This document shows positions 19,583-32,104 of a stretch of 61,964 nucleotides of DNA, piece by piece (the stretch's first letter is position 1; each line of letters begins with the position of its first letter). The position numbers and the translations under genes were made by a program. The stretch is taken from NCBI GenBank assembly GCA_021802485.1, contig JAJZXF010000006.1:1-61964 (forward strand). The letters run 5' to 3'. The notes beneath the pieces were generated by a model. That model made no database searches and was not told where the DNA came from. It saw only the letters and a program-made list of their open reading frames with translations. Source of the stretch: Actinomycetes bacterium (GTDB taxonomy: Bacteria > Actinomycetota > Acidimicrobiia > Acidimicrobiales > JAJZXF01).

Positions 19583-20431
19583 GGATGCTCAAGATCGAGC
19601 GTAGTCCCTACGGAGCTACAGCGAGCGCTTCGACCAATAGATCAACTGTTTGCTCGTTGACAGCCAGTACACCCGAGTCATCAGTAATTCGCTCCACCCT
19701 AGACCGAACTTACGAGGCCTTGCCGGAAGGGATCGGGCTCCGAGCTGGGCAGATATTGCCTTAGAGCCTGTAGGAAGTAGTTGGTGTCTCACTACAGCTT
19801 CAATGCGAGCGGGATGGGAGCACCAAGCAGTTCGAACACTCGGCGCTGTACAGGTGTTGGTACGGTCAGCTTTTCGGCTCAAGTTTGATGGCCGTGAATT
19901 TATCGTGGAACAGCGATAACCTGGTTCTTGTGGCTGAAGGCGGAAGCGCTAGGCATGGGGCGGCGTGCGCAAACTCCTGTTCGGCAACTACAAAGCGCAC
20001 TACCGAGTTGACGGCGTGTGGTACAAGGCGTCAACGACGTATCGAACCAAGCGCGACGCCGACATCTTCCTCGCATCGACTCGCGCTGACGTCGAGCGGG
20101 GTGCATGGTTGAAGCCTCCAGGTCCGGAATGAGCGAGCGCTTCGCCAGAGCTGTCATTCTCAGCACGCACGAGGGCCATCGAGAAATGATTCGAGGTAGC
20201 TGGAGTGTGGGAGTTGTGCCGGGAAATGCTTGGAAAAAGCCTGTTTGGTACAGGGGATTTGCATGAGCGTGGTTCTCGCGGTGTAGAGTAACATATCGGC
20301 AGGTCCTGGTCGGGCCTGTGAGTCTGCGTGTAACGGTCCTGTGCCGCACTCTGCGGCGTGGCGCTGAAGCGCAGTGTCCATGGGAACCCCTCGCGCTGAA
20401 AATGCTTTAGAGTTCTAGAGAAGGTCTTGCG

Positions 20432-20803
20432 GTGCCTACTATCAACCAACTTGTTCGTAAAGGCCGGTCGTCCAGGCAGGCCAAGACTAAGACGCCCGCG
20501 CTCAGGGGAGCCCCACAGCGGCGGGGCACATGCACGCGTGTCTATACTCACACTCCGAAGAAGCCAAACTCTGCGCTGCGAAAGGTAGCCAGAGTTCGCC
20601 TGACCAATGGAATTGAGATAACGGCGTATATCCCGGGTGAAGGCCATAATCTGCAGGAACACTCCAGCGTGTTGGTTCGTGGAGGTCGCGTGAAGGATCT
20701 TCCTGGTGTTCGTTACAAGGTGATCCGGGGCGCGCTAGACGCATCCGGCGTCAACCAGCGCGCGCAGGCTCGCAGCCGCTACGGCGCGAAGAAGGAGTCC
20801 TGA
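20432..20803 (+). CDS. rpsL: 30S ribosomal protein S12
   Basis: [40 protein letters not shown]. Confidence 0.99.
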   Translation: MPTINQLVRKGRSSRQAKTKTPALRGAPQRRGTCTRVYTHTPKKPNSALRKVARVRLTNGIEITAYIPGEGHNLQEHSSVLVRGGRVKDLPGVRYKVIRGALDASGVNQRAQARSRYGAKKES

Positions 20804-20804
20804 G

Positions 20805-21275
20805 GTGGCGCGCAGCGGCCCAGCACGTGTGCAGGAGCTTACCCCGGACCCGCTCTACGGGTCCGTGCTCATCACGCAGTTGGTGAACAAGGTTCTTGAG
20901 AGAGGAAAGCGGACACTGGCCGAGAGACTTGTGTATTCGGCCCTTGACACAGTGAAGAGCCGGTCGGGAGCCGATCCGCTACTCGTGTTGAGACGGGCGA
21001 TGGACAACACGCGCCCAGAGCTTGAGGTGAGATCGCGTAGGGTTGGTGGAGCGACATATCAAGTGCCAGTTGACGTAAGACCTCGTCGGGCAACTACACT
21101 TTCGATACGCTGGATAGTGCTTCATGCGCGCCAGCGTCGTGAAAAGACGATGGCAGCGCGCTTGGCGGGGGAAATTCTCGATGCCTCCAATGGCGTCGGG
21201 GCCGCGGTGAAGCGCAAGGAGGATCTGCACCGGATGGCCGAATCGAACAAGGCCTTCGCGCACTACCGCTGGTAG
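20805..21275 (+). CDS. rpsG: 30S ribosomal protein S7
   Basis: [28 protein letters not shown]. Confidence 0.99.
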   Translation: MARSGPARVQELTPDPLYGSVLITQLVNKVLERGKRTLAERLVYSALDTVKSRSGADPLLVLRRAMDNTRPELEVRSRRVGGATYQVPVDVRPRRATTLSIRWIVLHARQRREKTMAARLAGEILDASNGVGAAVKRKEDLHRMAESNKAFAHYRW

Positions 21276-21650
21276 TGGTAGCGAGCACCGGCGCTAGTGC
21301 TCTAGCGGTGCTGGCAGGTCCTGGTCATAACCGGCTGCAGTCGGTCATGCTGAGCATGTCGGAGGACTCATGCAGTACTGCTGGTGCGGAGAACTACCAT
21401 GTGGAAAAGACGGGAGTTCCGGGCACTCGCAATTGCGCAACTCAAGAGCAGGTAAGGCGCACGGGCAACCCCATTCGGGGGAACAAGACCCGAAGCGGCA
21501 AGGTTGGACCGTGGGGGGCGAGGTCAGCGAAGGTCGAACGTGTCGGCCCGTCAGACATAGATCGGCTCAGGCTGATAGACGTTGACGTTTTAGGAACGGT
21601 AGTTGGGCCTCGTGCAATCGAGGCCGCACGCATGAAGAGGTTGTACGTAA

Positions 21651-23747
21651 ATGGCTGAGAGCCGTCCCATCAGAGAGTTTCCATTAGCCAGGACCCGCAA
21701 TATTGGGATCATGGCTCATATCGACGCGGGCAAGACCACGACCACCGAACGCGTCTTGTACTACACCGGCAGGAACTACAAGATGGGGGAGGTCCATGAG
21801 GGTGCAGCCACGATGGACTGGATGGTCCAGGAGCAAGAGCGGGGCATCACGATCACGTCTGCGGCAACTACATGCAGGTGGAGGGAGTGCTGGATCAATA
21901 TCATCGACACTCCTGGCCATGTTGACTTTACGGTTGAGGTGGAGAGATCCCTCAGGGTCCTCGATGGAGCAGTAGCGGTCTTTGACGCGGTTGCTGGGGT
22001 GGAGCCCCAGACCGAGACCGTCTGGCGCCAGGCGAACAAGTACGGCGTGCCACGGATTTGCTTTGTCAACAAAATGGACCGGATTGGCGCGGACTTCAAC
22101 CGCACGGTCGAGATGATTGCGGATCGTCTGGATGCCCGGCCGGTGGTGATTCAGCTCCCGATAGGCGCGGAGGGTGGATTCAAGGGGTGCGTTGACCTTC
22201 TCGCGCAGCGTAGCCTCATCTGGGAAGAGGGCATGGGTGAGACCTGGACCGATGGTGATGTCCCTGCCGAGATGGCGGGTGACGCTGCAAAGGCTCACCA
22301 CGAGCTGATTGACGTACTGTCGAACTTCGACGATGTCGTGATGGAGAAGTTCGTCTCTGATGAGGAGATAACCCCAGACGATCTAAGGCGCGCAGTGCGT
22401 AGGGCGACCCTTTCTGGCGACGTGGTTCCTATCTTGTGTGGCTCGGCCTTCAGGAACAAGGGCGTCCAGCCCTTGCTCGACGCGGTCGTTGACTACTTGC
22501 CGAGTCCCCTTGATGTACCGGCGGCTGCCGGGAGCCTTCGAGGCTCTGAAGAGGAGCTGGTGCGCAGGTCAGACGACTCGGAGCCGTTCTCTGCCCTCGC
22601 GTTTAAGATCATGAGCGACCCGTACGTCGGCAAGCTGACCTACTTGCGGGTTTATTCTGGAACGCTGGAAAAGGGTGCGGGCGTGCTCAACTCCACCAAG
22701 GGCCGCAAGGAGCGGATCGGTCGTATCCTTCAGATGCACGCGAACCACCGAGAGGATAAGGACGTGATCTTCTCGGGTGACATAGTTGCAGTCGTGGGGT
22801 TGAAGACCACCACCACAGGCGACACGCTCTGCGATCCTGCGCACCCGATCCTCTTGGAGGCGCTCGACTTTCCCGAACCGGTGGTTCACGTAGCAGTGGA
22901 GCCGAAGACCAAGGCTGACCAGGACAAACTGAGCAGAGCCTTGACGTCGCTTTCAGAGGAGGATCCCACGTTTAGGGTCCATGGTGATCCCGAGACCGGC
23001 CAGACCGTGATCTCGGGAATGGGAGAGCTGCACCTCGAGGTACTGGTCGACAGGATGCTGAGGGAATTCAATGTGGACGCGAATGTCGGTCGTCCCCAGG
23101 TTGCTTACCGGGAGACGATCCGAAAAGCGGCCCGAAAGGTCGAGGGCCGCTACGTCCGCCAGACCGGCGGACGCGGTCAGTACGGCCATGTGGTTGTGGA
23201 CCTTGAGCCCACCGGCCCCGGTGGGGGGTATGAGTTTGTGGACAAGATCACAGGGGGCACGGTGCCCAAAGAGTATATTTCCTCGGTCGATGCGGGTATT
23301 CAGGAGGCGCTTGCATCAGGTGTTCTCGCTGGTTATCCAATGGTCGACGTGAGGGCAACGCTGGTCGATGGCTCCTATCACGATGTCGACTCGTCTGAAA
23401 TGGCGTTCAAGATCGCGGGCTCGATGGCATTGAAGGAAGCTGCGCGAAGGGGCTCACCGGTGCTTCTAGAGCCGATTATGTCCGTGGAGGTCGTCGCGGC
23501 AGAGGAGTACCTCGGGGACGTGATAGGAGATCTATCATCTAGGCGAGGCCGGGTTGAAGGAATGGAACAACGTGGAACATCCCAGGTGGTACAGGCCCAG
23601 GTTCCATTGGCCGACATGTTCGGCTACGCTACCGACTTACGGTCTCGCACACAGGGCCGCGCCACCTACACAATGCAGTTCAACTCCTATCAAGAAGTGC
23701 CTGAGGCACTTGGCAAGGAGCTGGTTGCGCGCGCCAGGGGCGAATGA
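21651..23747 (+). CDS. fusA: Elongation factor G
   Basis: [34 protein letters not shown]. Confidence 0.99.
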   Translation: MAESRPIREFPLARTRNIGIMAHIDAGKTTTTERVLYYTGRNYKMGEVHEGAATMDWMVQEQERGITITSAATTCRWRECWINIIDTPGHVDFTVEVERSLRVLDGAVAVFDAVAGVEPQTETVWRQANKYGVPRICFVNKMDRIGADFNRTVEMIADRLDARPVVIQLPIGAEGGFKGCVDLLAQRSLIWEEGMGETWTDGDVPAEMAGDAAKAHHELIDVLSNFDDVVMEKFVSDEEITPDDLRRAVRRATLSGDVVPILCGSAFRNKGVQPLLDAVVDYLPSPLDVPAAAGSLRGSEEELVRRSDDSEPFSALAFKIMSDPYVGKLTYLRVYSGTLEKGAGVLNSTKGRKERIGRILQMHANHREDKDVIFSGDIVAVVGLKTTTTGDTLCDPAHPILLEALDFPEPVVHVAVEPKTKADQDKLSRALTSLSEEDPTFRVHGDPETGQTVISGMGELHLEVLVDRMLREFNVDANVGRPQVAYRETIRKAARKVEGRYVRQTGGRGQYGHVVVDLEPTGPGGGYEFVDKITGGTVPKEYISSVDAGIQEALASGVLAGYPMVDVRATLVDGSYHDVDSSEMAFKIAGSMALKEAARRGSPVLLEPIMSVEVVAAEEYLGDVIGDLSSRRGRVEGMEQRGTSQVVQAQVPLADMFGYATDLRSRTQGRATYTMQFNSYQEVPEALGKELVARARGE

Positions 23748-23853
23748 ACACAGCCAGGGGGAGAGCAAGATTAAGGGAAGCAAGAAGAACAACCGGTAAG
23801 TGAGGTGGCGGGACCAAGGGGTTCTGCCCTGAGACGACAGGGAGTCTTTATCG

Positions 23854-25041
23854 ATGGCCAAACAGAAGTTCGAGCGCAATAAACCCCATATCAACATTGG
23901 GACGATGGGGCACATCGACCATGGCAAGACAACGCTTACGGCTGCTATTACCAAGGTGCTCGCGAAGCGGAACCCGAAGGTTCAGTTCACCCCGTTCGAT
24001 CAGATCGACAAGGCTCCCGAGGAAAAGGCACGCGGCATCACGATCTCGATCGCTCACGTGGAGTACGAGACAGATGCGCGCCACTACGCGCACGTCGACA
24101 TGCCTGGGCACGCTGACTACATAAAGAACATGATCACCGGCGCCGCTCAGGTTGACGGTGCCATTCTCGTGGTGTCTGCTGCAGACGGCCCGATGCCCCA
24201 GACGCGTGAGCACGTTCTGCTGGCTCGTCAGGTGGGCGTTCCGTCGATCATCGTCGCTCTCAACAAGGCAGATATGGTCGATGACGAGGAGTTGCTGGAT
24301 CTTGTGGAGCTCGAGGTGCGAGAGCTGCTCAACCAGTACGAGTTCCCCGGCGATGACACCCCGATTGTGAGGGTCTCAGCGCTCAAGGCCCTCGAAGGCG
24401 ATTCAGCGTGGGAGGACAAGATCGTGGAGTTGATGGACGCGGTCGATGCCTCCGTGCCCGAGCCCCAGCGAGTGATTGACAAGCCCTTCTTGATGTCGGT
24501 GGAGGATGTGATGACAATCACCGGTCGGGGTACCGTAGTTACCGGCCGAGTGGAACAGGGAATTGTAAAGGTGGGCGAGGAGGTTGAGATAGTCGGCCTT
24601 CGCCCAACCCAGAAGACGGTCTGCACTGGTGTCGAGATGTTCAGGAAGATTCTTGACGAAGGCAGGGCAGGCGACAACATCGGGGCTCTCCTGCGAGGCA
24701 CAAAGAAGGAAGACGTGGAAAGGGGCCAGGTTCTGTGTAAGCCAGGCACGATCACGCCTCATACGAATTTCGAGGCGAACGTCTACGTTCTCACGAAGGA
24801 CGAAGGCGGGCGTCATAAGCCTTTCTTTACCAATTACCGCCCGCAGTTTTACTTCCGCACTACTGATGTCACCGGCTCGATTGCTCTCCCCGAAGGAACG
24901 GAGATGGTAATGCCGGGTGACAACACTACGATGACGGTAGAACTCCAGAAGCCGATCGCTATGGAGGAGGGCCTTCGTTTTGCCATCCGTGAAGGTGGTC
25001 GGACCGTTGGCGCGGGTCGCGTGACGAAGATACTGAAGTAG
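23854..25041 (+). CDS. tuf: Elongation factor Tu
   Basis: [37 protein letters not shown]. Confidence 0.99.
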   Translation: MAKQKFERNKPHINIGTMGHIDHGKTTLTAAITKVLAKRNPKVQFTPFDQIDKAPEEKARGITISIAHVEYETDARHYAHVDMPGHADYIKNMITGAAQVDGAILVVSAADGPMPQTREHVLLARQVGVPSIIVALNKADMVDDEELLDLVELEVRELLNQYEFPGDDTPIVRVSALKALEGDSAWEDKIVELMDAVDASVPEPQRVIDKPFLMSVEDVMTITGRGTVVTGRVEQGIVKVGEEVEIVGLRPTQKTVCTGVEMFRKILDEGRAGDNIGALLRGTKKEDVERGQVLCKPGTITPHTNFEANVYVLTKDEGGRHKPFFTNYRPQFYFRTTDVTGSIALPEGTEMVMPGDNTTMTVELQKPIAMEEGLRFAIREGGRTVGAGRVTKILK

Positions 25042-25081
25042 TCGGTCAGAGGCGACCGGAGAGAGAACGGTAGGCGAAGAG

Positions 25082-25408
25082 GTGGCAGAAGGCCAGCGCC
25101 AGAGGATCCGCATACGCTTGAAGGCGTATGATCACGAGATCCTGGATCAATCAACAGAGAAGATCGTCCAGACGGTTCTGAGGACGCACGCGAAAGTGCG
25201 CGGACCGGTTCCGTTGCCAACGGAGAAACACCGTTACACTGTCATCCGGTCGCCGCACAAGTACAAGGATAGTCGTGAGCATTTCGAGATGCGGGTTCAT
25301 AAGCGGTTGCTCGACATAGTCGATCACACGCCAAAGACCGTTGACTCGCTGCAGCGACTTGATCTTCCCGCGGGAGTTGATATCGAGATCAAGATACAAG
25401 CGTCCTGA
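25082..25408 (+). CDS. rpsJ: 30S ribosomal protein S10
   Basis: [31 protein letters not shown]. Confidence 0.99.
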   Translation: MAEGQRQRIRIRLKAYDHEILDQSTEKIVQTVLRTHAKVRGPVPLPTEKHRYTVIRSPHKYKDSREHFEMRVHKRLLDIVDHTPKTVDSLQRLDLPAGVDIEIKIQAS

Positions 25409-25870
25409 TCTCTCGATTGTTTTCGCTCTGTGGCAAGCACTGAGATGAGCGGTGCGCTTTCAGAGCGCCCGGCCGATCGGCGGTAGCGGAGAGCTTGTTG
25501 TCCTCGCACACTCCGGTTGGCATGGCCTACGTCTGTTGTGTAAGATAAGCCTCCGAAGTTAGGTACTCGTCGAGGTGTCGGCATTTTGTCGGCTTTCGGG
25601 CGGGTCATCGGGATACTTGCGCAAGCCCTGTCGGTACAAGGCGGGGGACTGTGTGAGGAAGCGCTGTTGCGCTCCGCTCGTATGAAAACGGGCGGAGCGT
25701 CTGCATGATTCCAGCAGTGGCTAGCCGCTTGGCGATGCCGTGCTGGCGCTAGTGAACTCGAAGTGCTGCAGCCAGAGACGGTCTGGCCGGGCGAGATAAG
25801 TGTGTACACGTTGAGTGGCGATGTCCATCGTCGCGCGAGCAGATTGTCGGTATTGGAAGGCCCCTCGTAG

Positions 25871-26524
25871 ATGTTCAGCAAAGCGATTGTTGGCGAAAAG
25901 GTTGGCATGACCCAAGTATGGGATGACCAGGACCGAGCTGTGCCGGTTACGGTCCTGAAGGTCGTGCCCGTGAGAGTTGTTCAGGTGAAGACTCCGGAGA
26001 AGGAAGGGTACTCAGCAGTTCAGGTAACCTATGGGTACCGGAATCCAGCGAAGCTCACCAGGCCGGAGAACGGCCACTACGTAAGTGCGGACGTCGACGC
26101 AGGCAAGAAGTTGGTAGAGATACGCCTCGAGAATGCAGCCAGTTACGAAGTCGGCCAGGAGATCCGCGCTGACGTGCTCGCGCCAGGAGATCAGGTTGAC
26201 GTCACCGCGGTGAGCAAGGGAAAAGGCTTTGCAGGCGCGATGAAGCGGCACAACTTCCGTGGGCAGGGGGCCTCGCACGGTAACCACAAGAAGCACCGGG
26301 CACCGGGATCGGTAGGCGCATGCGCTACACCGTCACGGGTCTTCAAAGGGACGCGTATGGCGGGGCGCATGGGCGCACAAAAGGTGACGACCCTGAACTT
26401 GACCGTCGTGCAAGCAGACCCGGACCGTGAGGTCATCCTCGTGAAGGGGGCGGTACCTGGGCCGCGTGGTGGCATGGTCTTCCTCAGGCAGGCAGTCAAG
26501 GCGCCAAAGGGGACCAGGTCGTAG
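25871..26524 (+). CDS. rplC: 50S ribosomal protein L3
   Basis: GEKVGMTQ, SKGKGFAGAMKRH, KGAVPG. Confidence 0.99.
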   Translation: MFSKAIVGEKVGMTQVWDDQDRAVPVTVLKVVPVRVVQVKTPEKEGYSAVQVTYGYRNPAKLTRPENGHYVSADVDAGKKLVEIRLENAASYEVGQEIRADVLAPGDQVDVTAVSKGKGFAGAMKRHNFRGQGASHGNHKKHRAPGSVGACATPSRVFKGTRMAGRMGAQKVTTLNLTVVQADPDREVILVKGAVPGPRGGMVFLRQAVKAPKGTRS

Positions 26525-26526
26525 TC

Positions 26527-27264
26527 GTGAGTGCTGCCGGACTCAAGGTGAATTGCCGTTCGATCGACGGTTCAGAGGTTTCAGAGGTCGATCTCGATCC
26601 GGAGATCTTTGGGATGGTGCCGAATGTGGCACTCATGCACCAGGTTGTAACCGCTCAGGCTGCTGGGGCGCGTGCTGGGACGCAGTCCACCCGCACACGT
26701 GCCGAGGTCCGTGGCGGTGGGGCGAAGCCACTGCGCCAGAAGGGGACGGGGCGTGCTAGGCAAGGCTCGACCCGGGCACCGCAATGGGCCGGTGGTGGTG
26801 TTGCACTTGGCCCGAAGCCTCGCAGCTACAAACAGCGCACTCCTCGGAAAATGCTACGGGCAGCACTGCGCTCAGCGCTATCAGATCGTGCACTGGGTCA
26901 AAGGGTGTGCGTCGTGGACGCTTGGACGTTCCCAGCGCCAAGGACGAAGGACGCTGTCGCGGCCCTTGACGCTCTTGGAGTGCACGGTAGGTTGCTGGTC
27001 GTCATCGATGCAACAGACGAGGTCGCGGCGCGGTCGTTTGCCAACTTGCGATACGTGAAGGTGGTCTCGCCTGCCCAGCTGAGCACCTACGACGTCTTGC
27101 GCAGCGATTGGGTGATCTTCACCTCATCTACCCTGCCGACTGCTCTTTTGAATGAGGAGCCCGGAGCGGATGTAACCCAGGCCGAGGACCCAGGCCCTCA
27201 GGCGGGCAACGCAGACGCTTCGAAGGAAACTACCCGGGCGCGAGATGAGGAGAACAGGTCATGA
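26527..27264 (+). CDS. rplD: 50S ribosomal protein L4 (acidic C-terminal extension)
   Basis: TRAEVRGGGAKPLRQKGTGRARQGS. Confidence 0.98.
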   Translation: MSAAGLKVNCRSIDGSEVSEVDLDPEIFGMVPNVALMHQVVTAQAAGARAGTQSTRTRAEVRGGGAKPLRQKGTGRARQGSTRAPQWAGGGVALGPKPRSYKQRTPRKMLRAALRSALSDRALGQRVCVVDAWTFPAPRTKDAVAALDALGVHGRLLVVIDATDEVAARSFANLRYVKVVSPAQLSTYDVLRSDWVIFTSSTLPTALLNEEPGADVTQAEDPGPQAGNADASKETTRARDEENRS

Positions 27265-27551
27265 ACGACACCTCCTCTGTATTAGTCCGTCCGGTCGTGT
27301 CAGAGAAGACCTACGCGATGATGGAGACGGGAACCTACGTGTTTGTCGTGGATCCGCGTGCAAGCAAGGTGGAGATTCGCCGCGCGGTCGAGGACATGTT
27401 CAATGTCCATGTTACGCGAGTGAACACCCTCACCCGTAAGGGCAAGAAGCGTCTTGATCGCAAGACAAGGCGCGTTGGCTACCGGCCGGATGTGAAGCGT
27501 GCGCTCGTCACGCTGGTCGAGGGTGACCGAATAGATGTGTTCGAGAACTGA
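27261..27551 (+). CDS. rplW: 50S ribosomal protein L23
   Basis: RPVVSEK, KVEIRRAVE.MFNV.V..VNT. Confidence 0.98.
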   Translation: MNDTSSVLVRPVVSEKTYAMMETGTYVFVVDPRASKVEIRRAVEDMFNVHVTRVNTLTRKGKKRLDRKTRRVGYRPDVKRALVTLVEGDRIDVFEN

Positions 27552-27566
27552 GGAGCTCTAGGTCTG

Positions 27567-28403
27567 ATGGTTCTACGAAAGCGTAAGCCAACCAGCGCCG
27601 GACGGCGTTTCCAGACGGTCGCGGACTTTGCTGAGTTGACGCGTTCCAAGCCCGAGCGGTCGCTGGTGGAGCCGAAGCCAAGCTCTGGTGGTCGTAATAG
27701 CTATGGTCGCAAGACCGCTCGTCACCGGGGTGGTGGCCACAAGCGTCGCTATCGCGTGATCGACTTCAAACGCGACAAAGATGGAGTGCCCGCGAAGGTC
27801 GCAGCAATTGAGTACGACCCAAACCGCAACGCGCGGATTGCCTTGCTCCACTACCTCGACGGTGAGAAACGCTATATTCTTGCTCCGGCCCGGGTCGTGG
27901 TGGGAGATATGCTCCAGAGTGGTCAAGGCGCTGAGATACGACCGGGAAACGCTATGCAGCTGCGCTACGTGCCGGTGGGATCGCTGGTTCACAACATCGA
28001 ACTGCGTCCCGGCGGTGGCGGGAAGCTTGCTCGCGGTGCCGGCATGAACGCCCAGGTGGTTGCGAAGGAAGGATCGTTTGCGACCCTGCGGCTCCCCTCA
28101 AGTGAGATGCGAAGGATCTCACTTGATTGCAGGTGCACGCTCGGAGAGGTGGGCAATGCTACAGCTGAGCTGATCTCGATAGGCAAAGCTGGTCGCAACA
28201 GGTGGCGCGGCGTACGGCCACAGACGAGAGGAGTGGCAATGAACCCCGTGGATCACCCGCTGGGTGGTGGTGAGGGGAAGTCTTCTGGTGGTCGCCATCC
28301 GGTCTCCCCATGGGGACAGAAAGAGGGAAGGACCAGGTCGCGAAGCAAAGACTCCGATCGTTTGATAGTTCGTCGGCGCCGCACCCGGGGAGCGCGGAGA
28401 TAG
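27567..28403 (+). CDS. rplB: 50S ribosomal protein L2
   Basis: [31 protein letters not shown]. Confidence 0.99.
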   Translation: MVLRKRKPTSAGRRFQTVADFAELTRSKPERSLVEPKPSSGGRNSYGRKTARHRGGGHKRRYRVIDFKRDKDGVPAKVAAIEYDPNRNARIALLHYLDGEKRYILAPARVVVGDMLQSGQGAEIRPGNAMQLRYVPVGSLVHNIELRPGGGGKLARGAGMNAQVVAKEGSFATLRLPSSEMRRISLDCRCTLGEVGNATAELISIGKAGRNRWRGVRPQTRGVAMNPVDHPLGGGEGKSSGGRHPVSPWGQKEGRTRSRSKDSDRLIVRRRRTRGARR

Positions 28404-28421
28404 TGATGTCCGGAGGTTTCA

Positions 28422-28700
28422 ATGCCGCGTAGTTTGAAGAAGGGGCCGTTCGTGGACGACCACCTGTTGAAGAAGGTGGAGGTGCTGAACGCCGCGAACG
28501 AAAAGCGTGTGATCAAGACGTGGTCTCGACGCTCAACAATCATCCCCGAGATGGTGGGACACACTATTGCTGTTCATGACGGCCGTAAGCACGTGCCGGT
28601 CTACATCACGGAATCGATGGTCGGGCACAAGCTGGGAGAGTTTGCGCCAACGCGCACCTTCCGCTATCACGCCGGCCAGGAACGCGCTGCGAGGCGATAG
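28422..28700 (+). CDS. rpsS: 30S ribosomal protein S19
   Basis: [23 protein letters not shown]. Confidence 0.99.
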   Translation: MPRSLKKGPFVDDHLLKKVEVLNAANEKRVIKTWSRRSTIIPEMVGHTIAVHDGRKHVPVYITESMVGHKLGEFAPTRTFRYHAGQERAARR

Positions 28701-28702
28701 GG

Positions 28703-29383
28703 ATGTCGGTCAATACTATCGATGGCTCACCTGGTACAAGGGCCGTGCTGCGCTTCTCCAGGATGTCCGCTTTCAAGGCGCGCCAGGTCCTAGACCTGAT
28801 TCGTGGTGAGGAAGCAGACCGTGCGCTCGAGATACTGAGCGGCTGTGACCGGGGAGCGGCGCGCGTGGTTGCAAAGGTACTCGCTTCGGCTCTCGCAAAT
28901 GCTGAGAACAATGATGGCCAGAGCAAGGACGATCTATATGTCGCTGAGTGCTATGCAGACGAGGCGGCCACCCTCAAGCGCTGGCGTCCCAGAGCACGCG
29001 GCAGGGCAACCCGGATCAGGAAGCGTTCGTGTCATATTACGGTGATCGTCGCGAGGATGTCCGACGAACGCCTGCGACGCAGTAGAGCTGCAAGGTCGGA
29101 TCGCGCAAGCACGCATCGTTCCCGAAGGGTCGCGGGAGCTCGCAGGGCAGCTGCGATGGCGGCATCCGCGACCGGGCTGGCGCCACCGGCCCCGGAAGGC
29201 CTCGCTGAGGTTCCTTCCAGTGAAGGTGTGAGTCGATCCGACGAAGCTAGCGGGACCACATCGAGCCTTGGGGACAATGAGGTGAAGGACAGCTCCGATG
29301 TTGAAAAGGGCGCGGACGATGACGGAGCAGAAGTCGTCGTGAACGACGACGCAGGTGAGGCTAAGGACGCGGAGGAACTCTGA
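28703..29383 (+). CDS. rplV: 50S ribosomal protein L22 with a long C-terminal extension
   Basis: [39 protein letters not shown]; ~100 extra aa. Confidence 0.97.
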   Translation: MSVNTIDGSPGTRAVLRFSRMSAFKARQVLDLIRGEEADRALEILSGCDRGAARVVAKVLASALANAENNDGQSKDDLYVAECYADEAATLKRWRPRARGRATRIRKRSCHITVIVARMSDERLRRSRAARSDRASTHRSRRVAGARRAAAMAASATGLAPPAPEGLAEVPSSEGVSRSDEASGTTSSLGDNEVKDSSDVEKGADDDGAEVVVNDDAGEAKDAEEL

Positions 29384-29385
29384 GC

Positions 29386-30453
29386 GTGGGTCAAAAAGTC
29401 AATCCATACGGCTTCAGGCTGGGCGTCACCACTGACTGGAAGTCGCGGTGGTTCATGGAGCGCGGCTATCAAAAATGTGTGATCGAAGACTGGAAGATCC
29501 GCAACTATCTGATGCTTCAACTTGAATCTGCAGCAGTTAGCAGGATCGAGGTGGAGCGTACGCGGGATCGCATCAGGATCGATGTGCACACCGCTCGACC
29601 CGGGATCGTGATCGGCCGCAGGGGCTCCGAAGCCGAGCGTCTCAAGAAGGAGATCGAGGCGATTACGGGCTTTTCCAGCAAGATCACGTTGAATGTCCAG
29701 GAGATCAAGCAGCCCGAGCTTGACGCGGCTCTAATGGCACAGGGGATAGCGGATCAGCTCGCACGCAGGGTCAGTTTCCGGCGGGCGATGAAGCGGACCA
29801 TCCAGACCGTTCAAAAGGCGGGCGGGCAGGGTGTGCGCGTGCAATGCTCCGGCAGGCTCGGCGGCTCGGAGATGGCCCGCAAGGAGGCCTACCGGGAAGG
29901 CCGGGTGCCGTTGCATACGATTCGGGCGGACATCGATTACGGCTTCAGGGAAGCGCGGACCATCTCTGGACGGATCGGGGTGAAGGTCTGGATCTACAAG
30001 GGTGATATTCTGCCCTACCACATCTCCTCGGAGGAGAAGATCACAAAGGAAGCGGCGATGGCCGCCGGTGAGACCTCCGGACAGGGCGGTCTGCCCCGAA
30101 GGTTGATCTCTGCTGGTGGCGGCCGGCGAGGGGCAGGAATCGCGGCCCAACCCGGCTCGTCGATCGAGGCACCGCAGTCCAAGATCGATGTGAGTGCGGA
30201 GCCCGCGGTTGCAGCGAATGACGTCGCGCCTGACTCTGTGGCAAAGGTTGGGGAGGAGGGCGAGGAAGTAGCAGCTGAGGTTCGAGACTCACAGGTTCCT
30301 CGCGTTGTGGAATCGCGCTCTATGCCCACAGGAACGCCCTCGTCGAAGGAGGCCGACGATCTCGAGAAGATGCTGGAGGAAGAGGAGGAGATCGAGCGCC
30401 GTGCTCGCACTGAGCACCACGAGGCTCCTCATTTCCGCAAGGAGAGCGACTGA
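29386..30453 (+). CDS. rpsC: 30S ribosomal protein S3 with a long C-terminal extension
   Basis: [36 protein letters not shown]. Confidence 0.98.
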   Translation: MGQKVNPYGFRLGVTTDWKSRWFMERGYQKCVIEDWKIRNYLMLQLESAAVSRIEVERTRDRIRIDVHTARPGIVIGRRGSEAERLKKEIEAITGFSSKITLNVQEIKQPELDAALMAQGIADQLARRVSFRRAMKRTIQTVQKAGGQGVRVQCSGRLGGSEMARKEAYREGRVPLHTIRADIDYGFREARTISGRIGVKVWIYKGDILPYHISSEEKITKEAAMAAGETSGQGGLPRRLISAGGGRRGAGIAAQPGSSIEAPQSKIDVSAEPAVAANDVAPDSVAKVGEEGEEVAAEVRDSQVPRVVESRSMPTGTPSSKEADDLEKMLEEEEEIERRARTEHHEAPHFRKESD

Positions 30454-30455
30454 TC

Positions 30456-30893
30456 GTGTTGATGCCCCGTAAGGTCAAGCATAGGAAGCAGCATCGCGGA
30501 CGCCTCACTGGCTTGGCGAAGGGCGCGACTACTGTGGCGTTCGGCGACTACGGTATTCAGGCGCTGGAGCCCGGTTGGTTGACCTCAAGGCAGATTGAGG
30601 CGGCCCGTATCGCTATGACCAGGCATATTCGCCGAGGTGGAAAGGTATGGATTCGGGTGTTTCCCGACAAGCCTGTGACCCAGAAGCCGGCAGAAACTCG
30701 CATGGGCTCTGGTAAGGGGAACCCAGAGCACTGGGTGGCGGTGGTGAGGCCTGGACGGATCCTTTTCGAGCTTTCGGGGGTCGATGAGGACCTGGCTCGC
30801 GCGGCGATGGAACGGGCTATCCAGAAGCTCCCATTTGAGGCGCGTTTCATCACACGGACCTCGGTGGGTGATATAGGTCGGATGGATGCCTGA
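30456..30893 (+). CDS. rplP: 50S ribosomal protein L16
   Basis: [25 protein letters not shown]. Confidence 0.99.
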   Translation: MLMPRKVKHRKQHRGRLTGLAKGATTVAFGDYGIQALEPGWLTSRQIEAARIAMTRHIRRGGKVWIRVFPDKPVTQKPAETRMGSGKGNPEHWVAVVRPGRILFELSGVDEDLARAAMERAIQKLPFEARFITRTSVGDIGRMDA

Positions 30894-30934
30894 ATGCCGA
30901 TTTTTCCAGTCCCGTTCAGATCACGGAGGGCGCG

Positions 30935-31444
30935 ATGATCAAGAGCGCTGAGCTTGCAGAGCTCGACGACGACGAGCTTGACAATCGATTGGCGCAGTCG
31001 CGCCATGAGCTATTCAACCTGCGCTTCCAGCTTGCAACCGGCCGCCTGGACAACTCAGCTCGGATATCTGAGGTGAAGCGTGATGTCGCGCGGATATTGA
31101 CCGAGATGCGTGCCAGGGAACTCAGCTACTTCGCGGAGCCAGATGCTATCCCGCAACGGTCCGAGCAGCGTCAAGATCGCACAGCGGCTTTGGCCGTAGA
31201 GAGCGGCCAAGATCAAGCGGGTTCTGAGAAGAGCGGCTCAATCGAGAAACGAGGGGGGGCCGGGGATGAGAGCGCAAAGGCCGCTGGAAGCAGTCCTCGT
31301 GAGGAGTATGGCGAGCTGGCTGCAGGTGGGGATAGTGCAACCTCTGTTGTAGGCGAGCCAATCGATGACGACGTTACAGGCGATGCGGAAACTGGAGATG
31401 AATCAGGTGCCGGTGAGGCCGGCTTGGAGGTCGTCGATGACTGA
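30935..31444 (+). CDS. rpmC: 50S ribosomal protein L29 with a ~100-aa acidic tail
   Basis: [30 protein letters not shown] in the first ~63 aa. Confidence 0.95.
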   Translation: MIKSAELAELDDDELDNRLAQSRHELFNLRFQLATGRLDNSARISEVKRDVARILTEMRARELSYFAEPDAIPQRSEQRQDRTAALAVESGQDQAGSEKSGSIEKRGGAGDESAKAAGSSPREEYGELAAGGDSATSVVGEPIDDDVTGDAETGDESGAGEAGLEVVDD

Positions 31445-31739
31445 AGGAGATGACGTGGCTGCTGAGGCCTCGCTATTGGATCGTGAGCGGGCTTCGCGTC
31501 GCAAGGTGCGTGAGGGCGTGGTCGTTTCGGACGCTATGGACTCCACCGTTGTGGTTGCCGTTCAGGATCGCGTTCGCCATCCTCGTTACCAGAAGACCGT
31601 GAGCAGGACTAAGAAGCTCTACGCAGATGATGCGGGCAACGAGGCGAGGACCGGCGACAGGGTTCTTGTGGTCGAGACAAGGCCCTTGTCGAAGTCCAAA
31701 CGCTGGAGAGTGGTCGAGATTCTGGAGCGAATGCGATGA
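31437..31739 (+). CDS. rpsQ: 30S ribosomal protein S17
   Basis: [25 protein letters not shown]; ATG 31437 follows a GGAGG RBS. Confidence 0.97.
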   Translation: MTEGDDVAAEASLLDRERASRRKVREGVVVSDAMDSTVVVAVQDRVRHPRYQKTVSRTKKLYADDAGNEARTGDRVLVVETRPLSKSKRWRVVEILERMR

Positions 31740-32104
31740 TCCAGCAAGAGTCGCGATTGAGGGTTGCCGACAACTCCGGTGCAAGAGAGGTGCTCTGCAT
31801 CAGGGTTCTAGGCGGCTCAGGTCGCAGATATGCGGGAATAGGCGATGAGTTTGTGGCTACGGTGAAGGACGCATTGCCCGGTGTAGCAGTGAAGAAGGGC
31901 GACGTCGTCCGTTGCGTGGTTGTCCGCACGAAGAAGGAGAGCCGCCGTGCAGACGGGAGTTATATTCGCTTCGATGAGAATGCAGCAGTGCTCATCAACG
32001 ACCAGCGCCTACCCCGCGGGACCCGAATCTTCGGACCGGTTGGCCGCGAGCTTCGCGACAAGCGGTTCATGCGAATAGTCTCGCTGGCGCCGGAGGTCAT
32101 ATAG
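31736..32104 (+). CDS. rplN: 50S ribosomal protein L14
   Basis: [25 protein letters not shown]. Confidence 0.99.
   Translation: MIQQESRLRVADNSGAREVLCIRVLGGSGRRYAGIGDEFVATVKDALPGVAVKKGDVVRCVVVRTKKESRRADGSYIRFDENAAVLINDQRLPRGTRIFGPVGRELRDKRFMRIVSLAPEVI

Noticed and set aside
19600-20150. Short ORFs and protein-like fragments at the right side of the island
   Set aside because: No recognisable family or consistent frame; probably eroded DNA that I cannot assign.
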